Assembly (NCBI GenBank): GCA_000320545.1 | Contig: ADNK01003167.1 | Coordinates: 1-64,000, forward strand | From: Bigelowiella natans CCMP2755 | Lineage: Eukaryota; Protista; Cercozoa | DNA length: 64,000 nucleotides | Reading direction: 5' to 3' | Part shown: positions 26,832 to 39,701 of the stretch, piece after piece | Numbering within the stretch: position 1 is the first letter of the stretch | Layout: every line of letters begins with the position of its first letter | The notes under the pieces: generated by a model | What the model was told of the DNA's origin: nothing | Database searches by the model: none | What the model saw: only the letters and a program-made list of their open reading frames with translations | Made by a program: the position numbers and the translations under genes

Positions 26832-27611
26832 CTATTTGAAAAAAGAAAGCAGGTGAAACAATTCCTTCTCCTCAGAGTTTATTAGCTGTAACATAAACGA
26901 CCCAATAGTAAACTCTTGAATCATTTCTATGTTTTCCGTTATAAAATACGGGAGTAAGTACTGTCTGACATGATTTAGCCAACATTTGAATGTTTTCGAC
27001 CCCTTGTGAACACAATTTGCCAGCATTTGTGGGTGGGTTAGAATCAAATCTTTCATACTTTGACCATGTAAGTCTTTTTGTTCAAAATCAAGTCCTTCAA
27101 GTATAGAGTGATAGGTAAGAAGAGATACCATCTCTTTTCTTATATTCAGGTCACGTGCTACTGGCGACTTGAGCCATGTGCTTGCTATCATTAACGGAGA
27201 TCTACCATCAAGATCGATAGAGAGACATGATGCGTTGTTGTCCAATAATATTTTGACAGCTTGCAAATTATTGGCTCGAAACGCTTCATGTAAAGGAGTT
27301 TCCTTATCTTTGCTGACGTGGCTTACGTATTCTGGATTTTTCCGGCATGCTTTTTGCAGCAAAGTCGCATAGCTCTGCCCCTGAATGGCAGCGAGATAAT
27401 GCAAAGTAGTCTGACCGATGTTATTAACGGAAACTTCGATGTCACAACTCTGAAGCGAGAAGATTAGATCCTCCGATTTTTTTAATAGCTTTACGTCCTC
27501 CCCTCGTGAGTAGACTTCAGAAGCACGTATAATCGCCAGCGTCCGCATGAGAATATTTGAAGGATGATTTCGCTGTTGGATCCCCCCCCTTTCATTTTTT
27601 CGACGTTGCAT
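26832..27611 (-). CDS. Ankyrin-repeat protein, intronless, 259 aa
   Basis: GQTTLHYLA, KETPLHEAFRANNLQAVKILLDNNA, GRSPLMIA, KDLHGQS. Confidence 0.85.
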   Translation of the reverse strand: MQRRKNERGGIQQRNHPSNILMRTLAIIRASEVYSRGEDVKLLKKSEDLIFSLQSCDIEVSVNNIGQTTLHYLAAIQGQSYATLLQKACRKNPEYVSHVSKDKETPLHEAFRANNLQAVKILLDNNASCLSIDLDGRSPLMIASTWLKSPVARDLNIRKEMVSLLTYHSILEGLDFEQKDLHGQSMKDLILTHPQMLANCVHKGSKTFKCWLNHVRQYLLPYFITENIEMIQEFTIGSFMLQLINSEEKELFHLLSFFK

Positions 27612-27978
27612 AATTTCGGAGCCTTAGATGATAGTAGTAGCATTATAGAAAATACATTGATCTAGTTGCGCAGGTGGTGTGGGTTTGGATTTTGGTTGTC
27701 CATAATTGGAGCAGTACTCGTACATCATCGGCTGGACATCCATCATCATCATCGGCTCTTGTGCAAGTAGTAGTAGTAGTAATGTACGAGTAGTGCAAAC
27801 AACGACTCCCAACATAGGATGGATGATGGATAAATAATAAGAATAATACCGGTACTAATAACAACAACAACAATAACAACAATTCGTAGGAGCCAAAAAC
27901 AATCAATTTCTCTCTCAAAAGTATGATGAGTAGGTCACTGAGAACAACCCTGCAAACCCTTTCGACACAAATGTTGGA

Positions 27979-29133
27979 ATGATAATGAGCACGAAAGAAC
28001 AAGCGAGAAAGGCTAGTGAATGTCACCGACAAAAGATGTTGAAGAAGACTATGTGCCAGCAGAGGAAACAACAAAGGGCGATCTTGCGGGAAATGAAGCG
28101 CAAGGAACGAGAGAAGGAGGCCGTGGAGAAGGAGTCACAACGCAGACTAGCGCGGGCTAACCTGAAACGATTAGCCATGTCGGTATGGGACGAGCTAGTA
28201 AACATTCATGATGGAGAAATGAAGAGATTGGGGTTAGAAAGTTTGAAAGTACTGCACAAATATTTCTTCAAAAAAAATCCATCAGGAAAACACAAAGCGA
28301 TGGAAAGGTTGCAGAAAGATGTAGCTGGATGGGACGAACTGATGGTCGATGGGATATTCCCAGACATCGAGTCACATGCAGCTTTCAAGCTGAAGGGATC
28401 CACGTTCGAAATCAGACGAAATCGTTTCGAGGATCCCATTCCTTTCACAGGAGAGGCAAAGAATTGGAAAGAAGCTATATTTTACATGGCCCGTTTCGTA
28501 ACTCACCACACTAAGATGATGCCATATGGGGGTTTCTTTCGTGATGGTATATTGAATTGCGATTACCATTCTGATATGGACCTTGACATCCGTGTACCGC
28601 GAGAAGTGGGAAGAAAGACAGCACTCGGAACCTTGAAAAGTTGGGGATTAGGTTGTGGTATTGAATATGTGTGCCAAGGTGACAAACTAAACGTTGTGTC
28701 TAATTGTTTAAACACATATTAACATTGACATGTACCGCATTTAATATGGATTGTAGGAAAACAAAAAGGAAGGAAATTGGAAGAACACACCTTCAGATGC
28801 TCCTCAGATATGCACGTCTTCAATGTCCAGTTGATAGACTGGAATGCTTTCCAGGAGAAAGACGGAAAGTACAATCTAGATTTCACAGCAAATGCTTTCT
28901 GTGCCATGGAGGGGGAAATGTTGTTAATTCCGTGGCGCAATCCTATGGTAGAAGAAGGTCAAGTAATCGATGACATACGGAATAAAATAATGAGACCTTG
29001 CAAGCCAGTGTTGGGAGATGAACTCATGGAAGCCAGGGCAGCAAGGTTCTCCCGTAGAGGATGGACAATGATGGACTACACATGGGATTTGACAGGATTA
29101 CACCAAATCCGAGATGAAGGATCAACTACATAA
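27979..29133 (+). CDS. Minimal class II (CCA-adding/poly(A) polymerase-like) nucleotidyltransferase; intron 28679-28756
   Basis: YGGFFRDGIL..DMDLDI (GGxxRD..DxD), NLDFTANAF (RRDFTxNA-like) and ARAARFSRRGW. The GT-AG phase-1 intron joins ORFs 27979-28722 and 28777-29133 in frame (CQG-KQKGRKLEEH). Confidence 0.8.
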
Positions 29134-29196
29134 TGTGATAATCGATTTTGGCATGCATGCACGTTCCATTATTAACATGAGTAGTGATTACACCCA

Positions 29197-29244
29197 GCAT
29201 GGTGTGATATGGCACACTGGAGGGTTCGATTCCCACCCCATGCA
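29197..29244 (+). ncRNA. 48-nt tRNA-like fold (acceptor stem, one short hairpin, T-arm); not a full tRNA
   Basis: GCATGG pairs with CCATGC and is followed by discriminator A. Hairpin TGTG-ATATGG-CACA. T-arm GG-A-GGG-TTCGATT-CCC-A-CC. Confidence 0.45.
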
Positions 29245-30079
29245 TATGATATACACATAATATATAAAACAACCATACACATAACAACAAGTTGACGCTT
29301 TTCACTTTGTTGACATACCTCTCCAATTCAACGAAATTGAATGAGGTAGAAAGCAGAACAACAGTTCCCTCCCGCGCCTGCATGCTACAACAAATAACAT
29401 AAAATTATGCGTTAGAGAATAACAGTATCATGCACTAAGGAGAACGGACAAGAAGTGTACATTGACACATCGTCTATTCATCTCATCAAAATGAGCGATG
29501 AAAGGAACCCGGAGCGGAACACAAGCTGTCATACCCCCCCACAAACACCATGGCAGGGTTCATATGATTTTAATAGGCAGTAGGTAGAAGATTGGGGGTG
29601 GGAAAGACGATATATGGACAAATGGCTCGATGTCAATTTTCGTCTTTAGAGTACAATGAGGTCATTTTTAATGTCTGTTTTCGGCCATACAAGGCACAAC
29701 TCGAGTTTTAAATTACAAAAAAGTGCATTTTACCCCTCCTTCCCCCCCCCCGTGTTCAGTTGTTTTAGACACTGAAAGAGAACTGAATGAAATGATGTTC
29801 GGGAACGTGTAAGTACTTTTTAGGCGTGCTTCCCCGCCCGGGGCTGGTGGACTGTGGACCGAGAAATTAATTCCCGAAAATAGCGACCATAGATTGTCGC
29901 ACACTTCCTACGTAGGGGGTTTTATATATGGCGACAATGATGATGATTGTGCTCTACTCCTGACAAAGAACTTTTCTCTTGTTTTATCTGCCGATCATCG
30001 GTTGTTGTCGATTAAGCTCGTCCACAAAGCAGCAGCACCCCCTCGTTACACCATCGTCGTAGTAGAATTAATCTCTGCA

Positions 30080-30233
30080 ATGCGGCGGTACCTTTCATTC
30101 CCAGCCGTCCATAAGATCTCACTTTCGTTTGGGATTGCAGCACTACTTGGACTGCTTATTCTCCAACTTCCACAAGGCGGCTCATATATTTTAGGAATAA
30201 ACCCCTCAACAGGACGGGTACCAAGCCCAGAGG

Positions 30234-30277
<44 letters not shown>

Positions 30278-32133
30278 TTTTTTTCTATTACGCGCTAGTA
30301 TACAGTATGCTCCAGCTACCACTGAATAGAAGGCTTAGAAAGCATCAAACTAGATAAACTGATATGGGAGACTGAAATTTGATGCGGACACTCATGAGCA
30401 AAACACGGATGATTTTTGTCCTGCAAATGCCCGTTTAACATTAGATATTAATCTTGCTGCGATTTATCGCGAGGGCTACATTGTTATTTGTACTAGCTTA
30501 GAAAGCTATATCTTACAATGAAGGAAATTCGTTGTTTGAACTACTACTAGGTTAGAAAACAACTAGATCTCCCACCAGGCCGCGTAGGAGCAATAGGCTT
30601 GAGAGAGACAGCAGCTTACATGAAAGACGGTGAAGGTTATCTGAAAGGTAAGATGAAGATAAATCATACTGATTTATACTGTTATATGCTATACATAAGT
30701 ATGACTCATATTTTGTTTCCAGAGCGTGTTGAAATGCACGGTCCGGTCTTTAAAACTGGGCTATTTTTCCGCCCAACAGTGATGGTAGGCTCAAAGGCTG
30801 CAGTCCGCGACTTTCTACCTGTTGAACCTAGTGTCTCTGAAAGTTCTCTACCTCCATCCTTTGTCCAGCTTCATACGCCTTACTCGGCGCTGAATCAAAA
30901 GGGAGATCAGCTTAAGGCTACCCGTGCAGTTTACTCTGAAATTCTTGGCAAGGAAGCTTTGTTGAGCTATTGGCCACAGATTCGGGCAAATATGGTTCAA
31001 TCGGTGGAGGATGGTCTTGCAGCATCATCCAATGGAGACAATATAATGACACCAATTCGTGACGGAGTGCTTGGCCTTTACTTTCAACTGTGGATGGGTT
31101 TGAACGTGAACGACCGAAATAAAAAACTTTTTACGGATTTCAATGCAGGACTACTATCCCCTATGCCAATAAATCTACCATGGACAGCATTTGGCAAAGC
31201 AATGAGAGCTCGTGAAACAATATGCGCGGAGACGAAGGCACTTATCGAGTCTCATATCCGTGATGGAAAAAACCAAGGTTTTGACTTATTTACGAAGGTA
31301 CTCTCTCAAGCAAGGGACGAAAGCGGTAAACCCTGGAGCACACACCGTATGTCGATAGTAAGCTTGCTATTTGTGTGGGGAGCTTACGAGGAGACTGCTG
31401 CCGTGATAACCAACACATTGAGATTGCTAAGCTTGCACCCCGAATATGTGCCCAAGATTCGAAAAGAGCTTGAGGAATTCGCGCCTAATGGTGTAGGAGA
31501 GGCTTCGTTGAAAGACTTGGCCTCGATGAGGTAGTGATAGGATAAAACAAAGAAGGAAAGCCAGATGGATCTTGTTGATACGTGCACGCAATAATATATT
31601 CTGTATAATGCTGCTAAATCACTGTGTGTATTACTAATAAGCAGAGTTTTTGCTGAAAAGCAGTGTCTATTCTTCTTATTCCTCCTCCTCCTCCTCCTCC
31701 TCTCAGCTTTCTTAGGGCATGTGTCAAGGAGGGAATCCGATTAATACCTCCAAGTGGTGGTGGCATGAGAGTAACAACTCAAGATATTGAATTGGCTGGT
31801 TATCGTATTCCAAAGGGCTGGGTAGTTACTGCAGATCCACGAATAGCTAACAAGCAAGAAGATATCTTCGGAACAGATATCGACAGCTATAACCCCGAGA
31901 GGTTCATTCAAAAGCGCTTTACTTCAAACGAGTTTTTCCCTGGTGGAATAGGATCGCATGCTTGCCCAGGAATTGAAATGTCAGAATTGGTTTCCATGAC
32001 ATACTTAGCTTCTTTCATGGAGAATTTCAGCTCGTGGGAACAAACAGCTGGGACTAGCTTAGCTTGGAGTTACATTCCTTTCCAAGTAATGACAAATTTT
32101 CAGGTAAACCTAAAGCGCCGCACTTTTCCATAG
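30080..32133 (+). CDS. Cytochrome P450, CYP120/CYP26-like; exons 30080-30232, 30551-30647, 30723-31530, 31707-32133
   Basis: Hydrophobic N-terminus, LPPG, HGPVFKT, ExxR (KEGIR), GYRIPKGW, YNPERF and heme motif FPGGIGSHACPG. All three introns are GT-AG and frame-consistent. Confidence 0.95.
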
Positions 32134-32329
32134 CTCCCCGGCAAACAATTTGTCTCCAAAAAAACCTTTTCGTAAAATAGAATTTTAAAAATAGACATCC
32201 CAAAAATCTTCTCCTTAAATGGAATTATAGATATGTAAACGGTAGATAAGGAAATTCCCTACAAATGTCACATTTATACATATTTGTATGTTTGTTGAGC
32301 GCCCATAAAGTCTTAGCTACTGTAGAGAT

Positions 32330-34600
32330 CAATGGCATAGTAAAATGTTTGGTCAGTAATTTTTTTGGTCATTATCTTCACAATCCATGCCTCCTACGGC
32401 ACATATGAATATCTGAAATCGCCACGTGTGCTGACCGACACATGCATGACAATGAACAACGTGACACATGGTACATGTGTGGCTGCGGTGTTCCTTCTCA
32501 ACTACTTTCTGGCACTTTCTCAAACGGTCCACGATCCGAACGTATTGCTGTAACTTGTGTACCGTTTGTGCTGGGCATCGCACAGCAGCGTAGTCTAGTA
32601 GTGCCGCATGGAAATAAACGGCGAGCCACACGTGGAACGTTCTTCAACGTTCAAGTAGGGGCACCTAGTCGGAGGCGTTCTGGCTTTGTGCATTCGGACG
32701 TCGAGACAAGTTGTCATTGGTGAAGGTTTCCTGTTGGCGCGGCAAAACTTTTGGAACCTTGTGTCCTGCTAGGCTTTGTTGTGCCCTGTTGGGAGTGATC
32801 AACGTGCGCACATGATGCTGCCAAGTGCACAACACAACGTGACGGGGCACCAAAGTGAGCATGTCTAACAACAGCATGCGTGCGCAAGCAGCGACAAAAC
32901 AAAACGGTTGCGATGACCACTTGCATTGTGTGTCGCATTGGCACTCGAATCGAACTGTGTCATCGCACTGCAGTCGCATGTTTCTTTGGAGTGCGGGCCC
33001 CAGCAACGTCTCAAGCTAGCAGGTCTTGAAGTGTCGAATGAAGTCCCATTGCTTTGAACAAGTTGAGGTGTGAACTTGCAACGATGCACAGCCAAAAAAA
33101 GGGCCACAGAGCGCACTCCTCAGTGCACGTGTGCTTTGGAACACAGGTGACATGTTCACATGTGCTTCAGAACGCACATGCTAGCGCATGTGCCTCTAGC
33201 ACGTGCGTGTGTTGCATTCATGAACGTGTGTGCAGTGTCACTGCACACGTGTTGACAGTGCGTGTGCACAGCACAGGGTGGCCACCACACGGTTCTCGAT
33301 GTCGCACAGGTGCTGTGTCAGAGGCCTAGCAAGCTGCAGACGCGGGAGTGGCCACGTTTGATTCTTCAGCGCTGCTGTGCATTGCGAAAAGCGCAGGAAG
33401 CTTTGTCAATGAATGCGCCGTGACTGATGCGGTTGTTCGTTTTCCACCATTGTCTCCCTGCAGCATCTTGTTTGTTTCTCCCAAAAACCATGCACGTTGT
33501 GCGTCCATTGCAAAATGACATGCATGTGCAGCTTGAAATGTGTCCCGCTGGCCGCATCATGCTGCTTTCCAAAGCACGGGTCATTCTGACGGGGTTGCAA
33601 GCAGCTGGCCAGGCTGCATGACCAGAGGACTGGAGGAGAGCGTGTTGGTCACTTCTTCCTTCTTCACCAGCGTTGTGCCATCTCAAACAAACACAAAGAA
33701 ACGCACCTGGCAGGAAATCCATGCCTGCAAGTGACCACAATGAACGAAGCTGGTGTTGAAAAAGTGAATGAATGAATTGATTCCATTGGAGGTTGTGCAA
33801 GGTGAGTGAATCTGTGCAAGGAAAGAAACGTCGAAACGTTGAAACATTGAAACGTCAATCACACTTGACGTTCAACACGGTGCAGACAATGCGGTGCGTG
33901 CTGACGTGCGTGTGCGCCTCAAGGTTCAAGGTTCAAGACTCGTGTTTGTTCGACGTTCCAACAAGACGAGCCACTGGCTCTGTTGAGTGGCTGCTGGGCT
34001 GGATCGATGCGCCTCACGAAAAGAAAGAAAGAAAGAAAGAAAGAAACCTGATGATCGACCACGTTTTCAAAGTGTTGCATGACACTTGCAAAGTGCAAAA
34101 CGCAGTGAACAATGAGAACAATGAACAATGATGAAAAACTGCACTTCCATTGTGTGATCCGACAAGACGCCTCGAACTGGCTTCAGTGAGGACTGACTAG
34201 CAAACTAGCGGGGTTCATGCAAATTGGCACGAACTAAACATTGAATGCATCACAACTAGCAGCCAAATGACGACGACGCAAAGCATCCATCCTGAGCAGG
34301 AACTTCCTGACAGCCACGTCCACACGGAGATCAACGTTGGGGACAACCGAGGGGGCGCCGAGCAAAGACTCTGGTCTTGACAGAGTCAGGGGCATCAAAA
34401 AATGAAGAGCAACCAGGATGCACAGGGCCGAAAGCTGTTCTGATGTCGGAGAACAATTGAATTCTCACAGCATTCAAGTGAGCACGATGATGGATGAGGT
34501 GGTCAACATTGGGGTTGGCAGTGCTCGAGCTGAAACAACGATCTCCTCCTTCCTCGGCTTTACCGCACACAAATGACTGATTTTCCTCTTTTATTTGCAT
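32330..34600. mobile_element. Composite TpA-hypermutated repeat block, including a minus-strand LINE fragment (~34150-34520) and two 3'-end motifs (~34021-34185)
   Basis: The reverse complement of 34440-34512 (gaccacctcatccatcatcgtgctcacttgaatgc) matches the LINE at 25640-25675. (GAAA)n tail at 34021-34046. About 11 TAs in 32700-34565, 8 of them in CTAG. Confidence 0.8.
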
Positions 34601-35999
34601 TGTCGCACACGGAAAACATTGGCCATTTTGCTTCATTTCACATGATCCACAAAAGCAACAACAACAACAAGGCTTCCTTCCCCCCTCCGGACAAATAGGA
34701 GAATCACCTTTACCCTCACCGGCTATAGACTCTATCCGAGTGGGAATAGCGAATAGGAGATCCATTTTAAAATTGATTCGAACAATAGCGTTGTTCATTG
34801 ATGACAAACGTGGAATCTTCAGATTTAATCTGTTTTGGATAATGACCTTATATTCTCCCCCCTCCTTCTCCTTCCCGCTAAGGACATCAAGGTTATCAAT
34901 TGGTTATTCCCATATCCTACACACTTATGAGGTTTATAGATGATTTTGGCTCTATCTTAGGAACGTAATTGTGATAATTTTGGTGGGTGGGTTAGTCTCT
35001 TTGAAGAATATAATTGGCAATGATGGACAAAGAAGGAGAATTCAAGTAGTTGGTGGCAGCAGCTTCGAGAAGACATCGTATTCGTCATCATCATCAACAA
35101 CACCAATATCACAGCGGAAGGTGATGACAATTATGATTTGGAATTCTCCTAATGGATGATCAACCCTTCCTTTCTCATATTTCATCATGATGGCAAGATG
35201 GTTGTCGATATATTCATAATGATGATGATGATGATGATGATTTTTCAGTGGAATGTAGCGCTGCCCCCCATAGAAAAAGTCAGGGAGACAAGACTTTGTT
35301 TATTGATGTTTGTCTCTTCTACTACTACTTCGTTATCATCAGTCATCTGGCCTTACCCACTTGGAACCAAATCCCCCACGCTCAGTGCCGCACAGTAATA
35401 ATAATAAATGGTGATGATCGATCATCACTTGATAAATATGATGATTATTATTTCCTCCTCCTTATTCTAGAAATTCTAGAAGTCCCAATCTCACTCCTAT
35501 TAGACGTCATCATAATATATATATATATATATATATATATGTTATACACCTTTAATGTCGTCTTTGTCGTCTTTCTGTCTACAGAATCAAGAAACCCTCG
35601 GTATTTTAGCGACGAGGAGGCAAGGAATGCTGTCAATGGTGGGTTGGGACGCCTCTTCCGGAACATATCAGAAGAAGACTTAACCCCAAGATGTACTACT
35701 ACTACTACTACTACTACTACCACACACTCTATGTAAAGTGTGCTACACAATATATGGACTATTACAACATATGCAGTAGCTGATTACTACCAGCAGCACG
35801 TATTTGGTCAACTAATAATCGGGAGAAATATCATTAGACGGGACATCATCTCATATTTACTCAATATAATATTCACCCACTCTCAGAATCGACAATGTGC
35901 GGCGCGTGTGTGTGGTGTTGTCATTCTTGTTTATTCTTCTTCTTCTTTTTCTTATTTCTTCTCGTCCTCGTTTATGTGATGTTGTTGTACAGTGAGCGA

Positions 36000-36128
36000 A
36001 TTAAGGAAAAAGATCAAAAGCCGCTTAAAGCTTTTATTAGAGAAACAGAGGGTATTAAGTAGTCCATATGCAATACACACAGGAGAGGAACATACTTAAA
36101 CGCTTATTTATGCTTTAACAAACTCCTC

Positions 36129-36179
<51 letters not shown>

Positions 36180-36527
36180 ATACTAACTAGGAATTCATAG
36201 CTCTCGAGGACGAAATCGGATGCGATCCTGGTGGACTTCCAAAGGTAGTAAGTAGAAGAAGAAGTATTACCCTGGTGGATTTCCAAAGGCAGTACGTGAG
36301 TGTGTATGTGTGTATGTAACAAGAAGAAGAAGAAGAAGTAGTTGTAGTGGTAGGAAATAAGTATTGATTGCTAATTATTATTATGATGTACTGTGCAGAT
36401 ACAGGGTCAATCTATGGAAGCTGTACTTGCTGGAGTTGGCGTGAGCAAATGGAGCATTGTAATAAAACCGTTGATACGTCGTCTTCTAATATCGCCCATC
36501 ATAATATTATAATGACAATACACATTC

Positions 36528-36568
<41 letters not shown>

Positions 36569-38152
36569 GTACCCAAACGCGATCTCTTTTTATTCCGTTG
36601 CTGCTTTGCTCATGTTTCTCGTCAAAATTTTCTTTTTATCTCATCAAGGTTTTGATGCAAAAGCAAGAAGTAGATTTGATGCGAGTTGTGACCTTCGAGC
36701 AAGAAGATTGGCTGAATCTTGGAATTGATGAGGAATTGGATCAAAAGAGAATATTAGAGGCCTACTATCTCTGTAAAGCCGCGGATGTAGATCCGTGCAA
36801 GTACAGTCGTTTAAGAAATATTCAGGATGATGATGCTATTGGAGCAGGGAAATCATCGTCAATATCAAAAACAGGTAATTTGTGATAGATTTGGTAGAAG
36901 AAGATATAGCCACCAAGGGCTACTACTTATTACGACAATGAGTGGATTGATAACAAGAGAGAAATAAGAGAAAGGGAGAGAGAGTGAAAAAGAGAGCCAA
37001 CTACTACTACTGCTCATCATCTTATTAATCAAACACATCTCTTCCCCTGTAGTCATCATCACAGTGCTACTGTGTGATTAGCAGAAACTCATGCGAAACG
37101 ACGCTTTAATATCCTCCTCCTAATGAGAATCATTATTAACTCAGGAAAGCAGCAGAAGTTACCTCCATTAGTAAATCCATTTAAACCTATCGGGCCTGAA
37201 CTACCTCTATTCTATGACGAACAATTTAGAGAAGAAATGCGTATGGAAGCTAGGAAACATGAATATCAAAAAGGTAATAAGTCAGTGATATGATAATTGT
37301 GACTTCATCGATAAGTAAACAATAGAGGATGATGGATAGTAATGATGATGATGATGATGATGATATTTCCTCTTATACTGAATAGTTGTTATTGTCCTCA
37401 TGATCACATATCATCCGTACATGCTTTTAGAATTAGCAGCAAGAGCAGAAGAAGCATCAAAGGATAATGTTATTGACGATGACAATTCTAAACGTGGACA
37501 TCATAACTCACGATTATTCACGATTGCATCATCATCATCATCATATCAGAGGGATAATAGTAGTAGTAGAAGTAGTAGTTTAACTCGCATCTTCAAGAAT
37601 GGAAAAGGACCTGAAGATTTTTGTGATGATGAGTATCTCAACGATGATGAGCACAAGATATCGAGTACCTACTATATGCCTCCTATCAAAGGAGGAGGAG
37701 GAGCTAAAGTAACTTAATTCATATCATAAATGAGAAGACCATATTTACAAATACATCATTTTTTTTCCCCTTCTTCTTCTTCTTCTTCTTCTTCTTCTTC
37801 TTCTTTTTCTTCTTCTCCCAATCCAAATATTACAACAAAGATTATCACCTCACTTCCAAGGTTCCTCCTCTTCCCCTCTTGAATAATGAATCATACAAGT
37901 TGTTTGTGATAATCTTCATGATCATCATCAGGAATATAGGCCACAAATAATACCTTGGACTCGGTGGAAATGGGATTCATACTATGTTAAATGGTAATGA
38001 TTGTAAGAATCTAACAGAACAACTGTCAATATCACACTACAACGACGATTATTATAGTCAATTTGTGGTGCGAAAACCACTCTTCAACGATGATGATGAG
38101 GATGATGATATGACGGTGATAATGATAATGACGGTTTTCACGCAAGAAGATG

Positions 38153-38191
<39 letters not shown>

Positions 38192-39199
38192 ACCAATGGA
38201 ACTACTACAAAATGTACCATTACTGGTGGTTTGTGTTAGAACCACAAGCATCATCATCGTTTATCCTCCTCACTTCTTCTTCCAATCACACAGCCGTGAG
38301 CCGTTTGAAAGACTTGTAAGGTACAAAGGGCGACTACGCTCATTCTTACGCGAGAAACTCAATCCAACAGACAGAATACTGGTACTACTAGATGATTATC
38401 ATTGTTGTGATTACTATCATTATTATGATTATATGTTGTTGGAACCAAGGTTTATCGGTAATATATTGATGGATGCTGTTGTTGTTGTTACTACTACTAC
38501 TACTACTACTACTACTATCTTTATCGCTAATATATTGATGGATGCTGTTGTCGCTGCTGTTGCTTCTACTATCATTATCAAAGTCGTCGTTGTAAAACAT
38601 CCTCTTAATTATATATCCTATTTTTATTTGATAATATGTTTTATTCGCCTTCTCCCTCTCCTTATCCCCCCCTTCCAACTCCGCCTTCTCCTTTCTTTCT
38701 TTCTTTCTTTCTTTCTTTCTCTTAAAAGGTAATTGGATGCGGCCTATCTGAACTTAGCCATGGTCTCTACAAGGATGGGTGAGTTATCTATCTACTACTA
38801 ATGTCAAACCACCTACAATCATCACTATCACTACTGCTACTCGTATTGCTGGTAAATAAATAGTGCATTTTATTACTTTGATAGGTTTTTCTTCATCACG
38901 AATATAGATTTCTCTGAGGAAGCTATACGTATTATGCAAGACAGGTGGGTTAAGTAGTAGTGCCAATATATGGTCAATCAATCATTTTATTGAAGAAGCT
39001 TGCTATCGATAGTAGTGACGATGATGAAATCTATAGTCATCAACACCATCATCCTTCTCTTCATCATTATCATCATCATCATCATCGTTGTCATCATCGT
39101 TATTATCATGTAGGAGTCATAATCAATTTAAGAAGATGAGTTGGCAAGTCTTAGATGTCACTGATATGCATTCTATTCAGAACAAGTAAGAAGAGAAGA

Positions 39200-39243
<44 letters not shown>

Positions 39244-39665
39244 TAATACTGATGTACCTCCCTCCTAATATGCTACTACTACTACGACAATGACTACCTC
39301 TCATGAATGTGCTACTTTCAAGTATCTTAGGGTAGTAGTATATGACTAAATGAATTGACACACACACACACACACACACATTAGCACATATGAAAACCAG
39401 TTATTGATGACTATTTTGTGATGGTATATAGTTTATCAACAGCACACACTATTCATTGGTAATTTAGGAGTTACGATGTAGTGATCGATAAAGGATTGAT
39501 GGACTCAATGCTGATGGTGGGAAGAGGAGGAGGAGGAGGAGGAGACTGCAGAAGAAGAGAAGCAACCATAGATCATCATCATCATCATCATCATCATCGT
39601 GTGCGTATGGCCGTGAATGAGGTATATAGGGTTCTTAAGCCAGGAGGCACCTTCTTCCAGGTATA

Positions 39666-39701
<36 letters not shown>

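Noticed and set aside
29197-29244. Functional tRNA gene
   Set aside because: It is only 48 nt and lacks a full D and anticodon arm set. Kept as a tRNA-like element only.
34600-35950. Possible small multi-exon gene on the minus strand
   Set aside because: Coding-like fragments exist, but I could not build a consistent spliced frame or recognise a motif.
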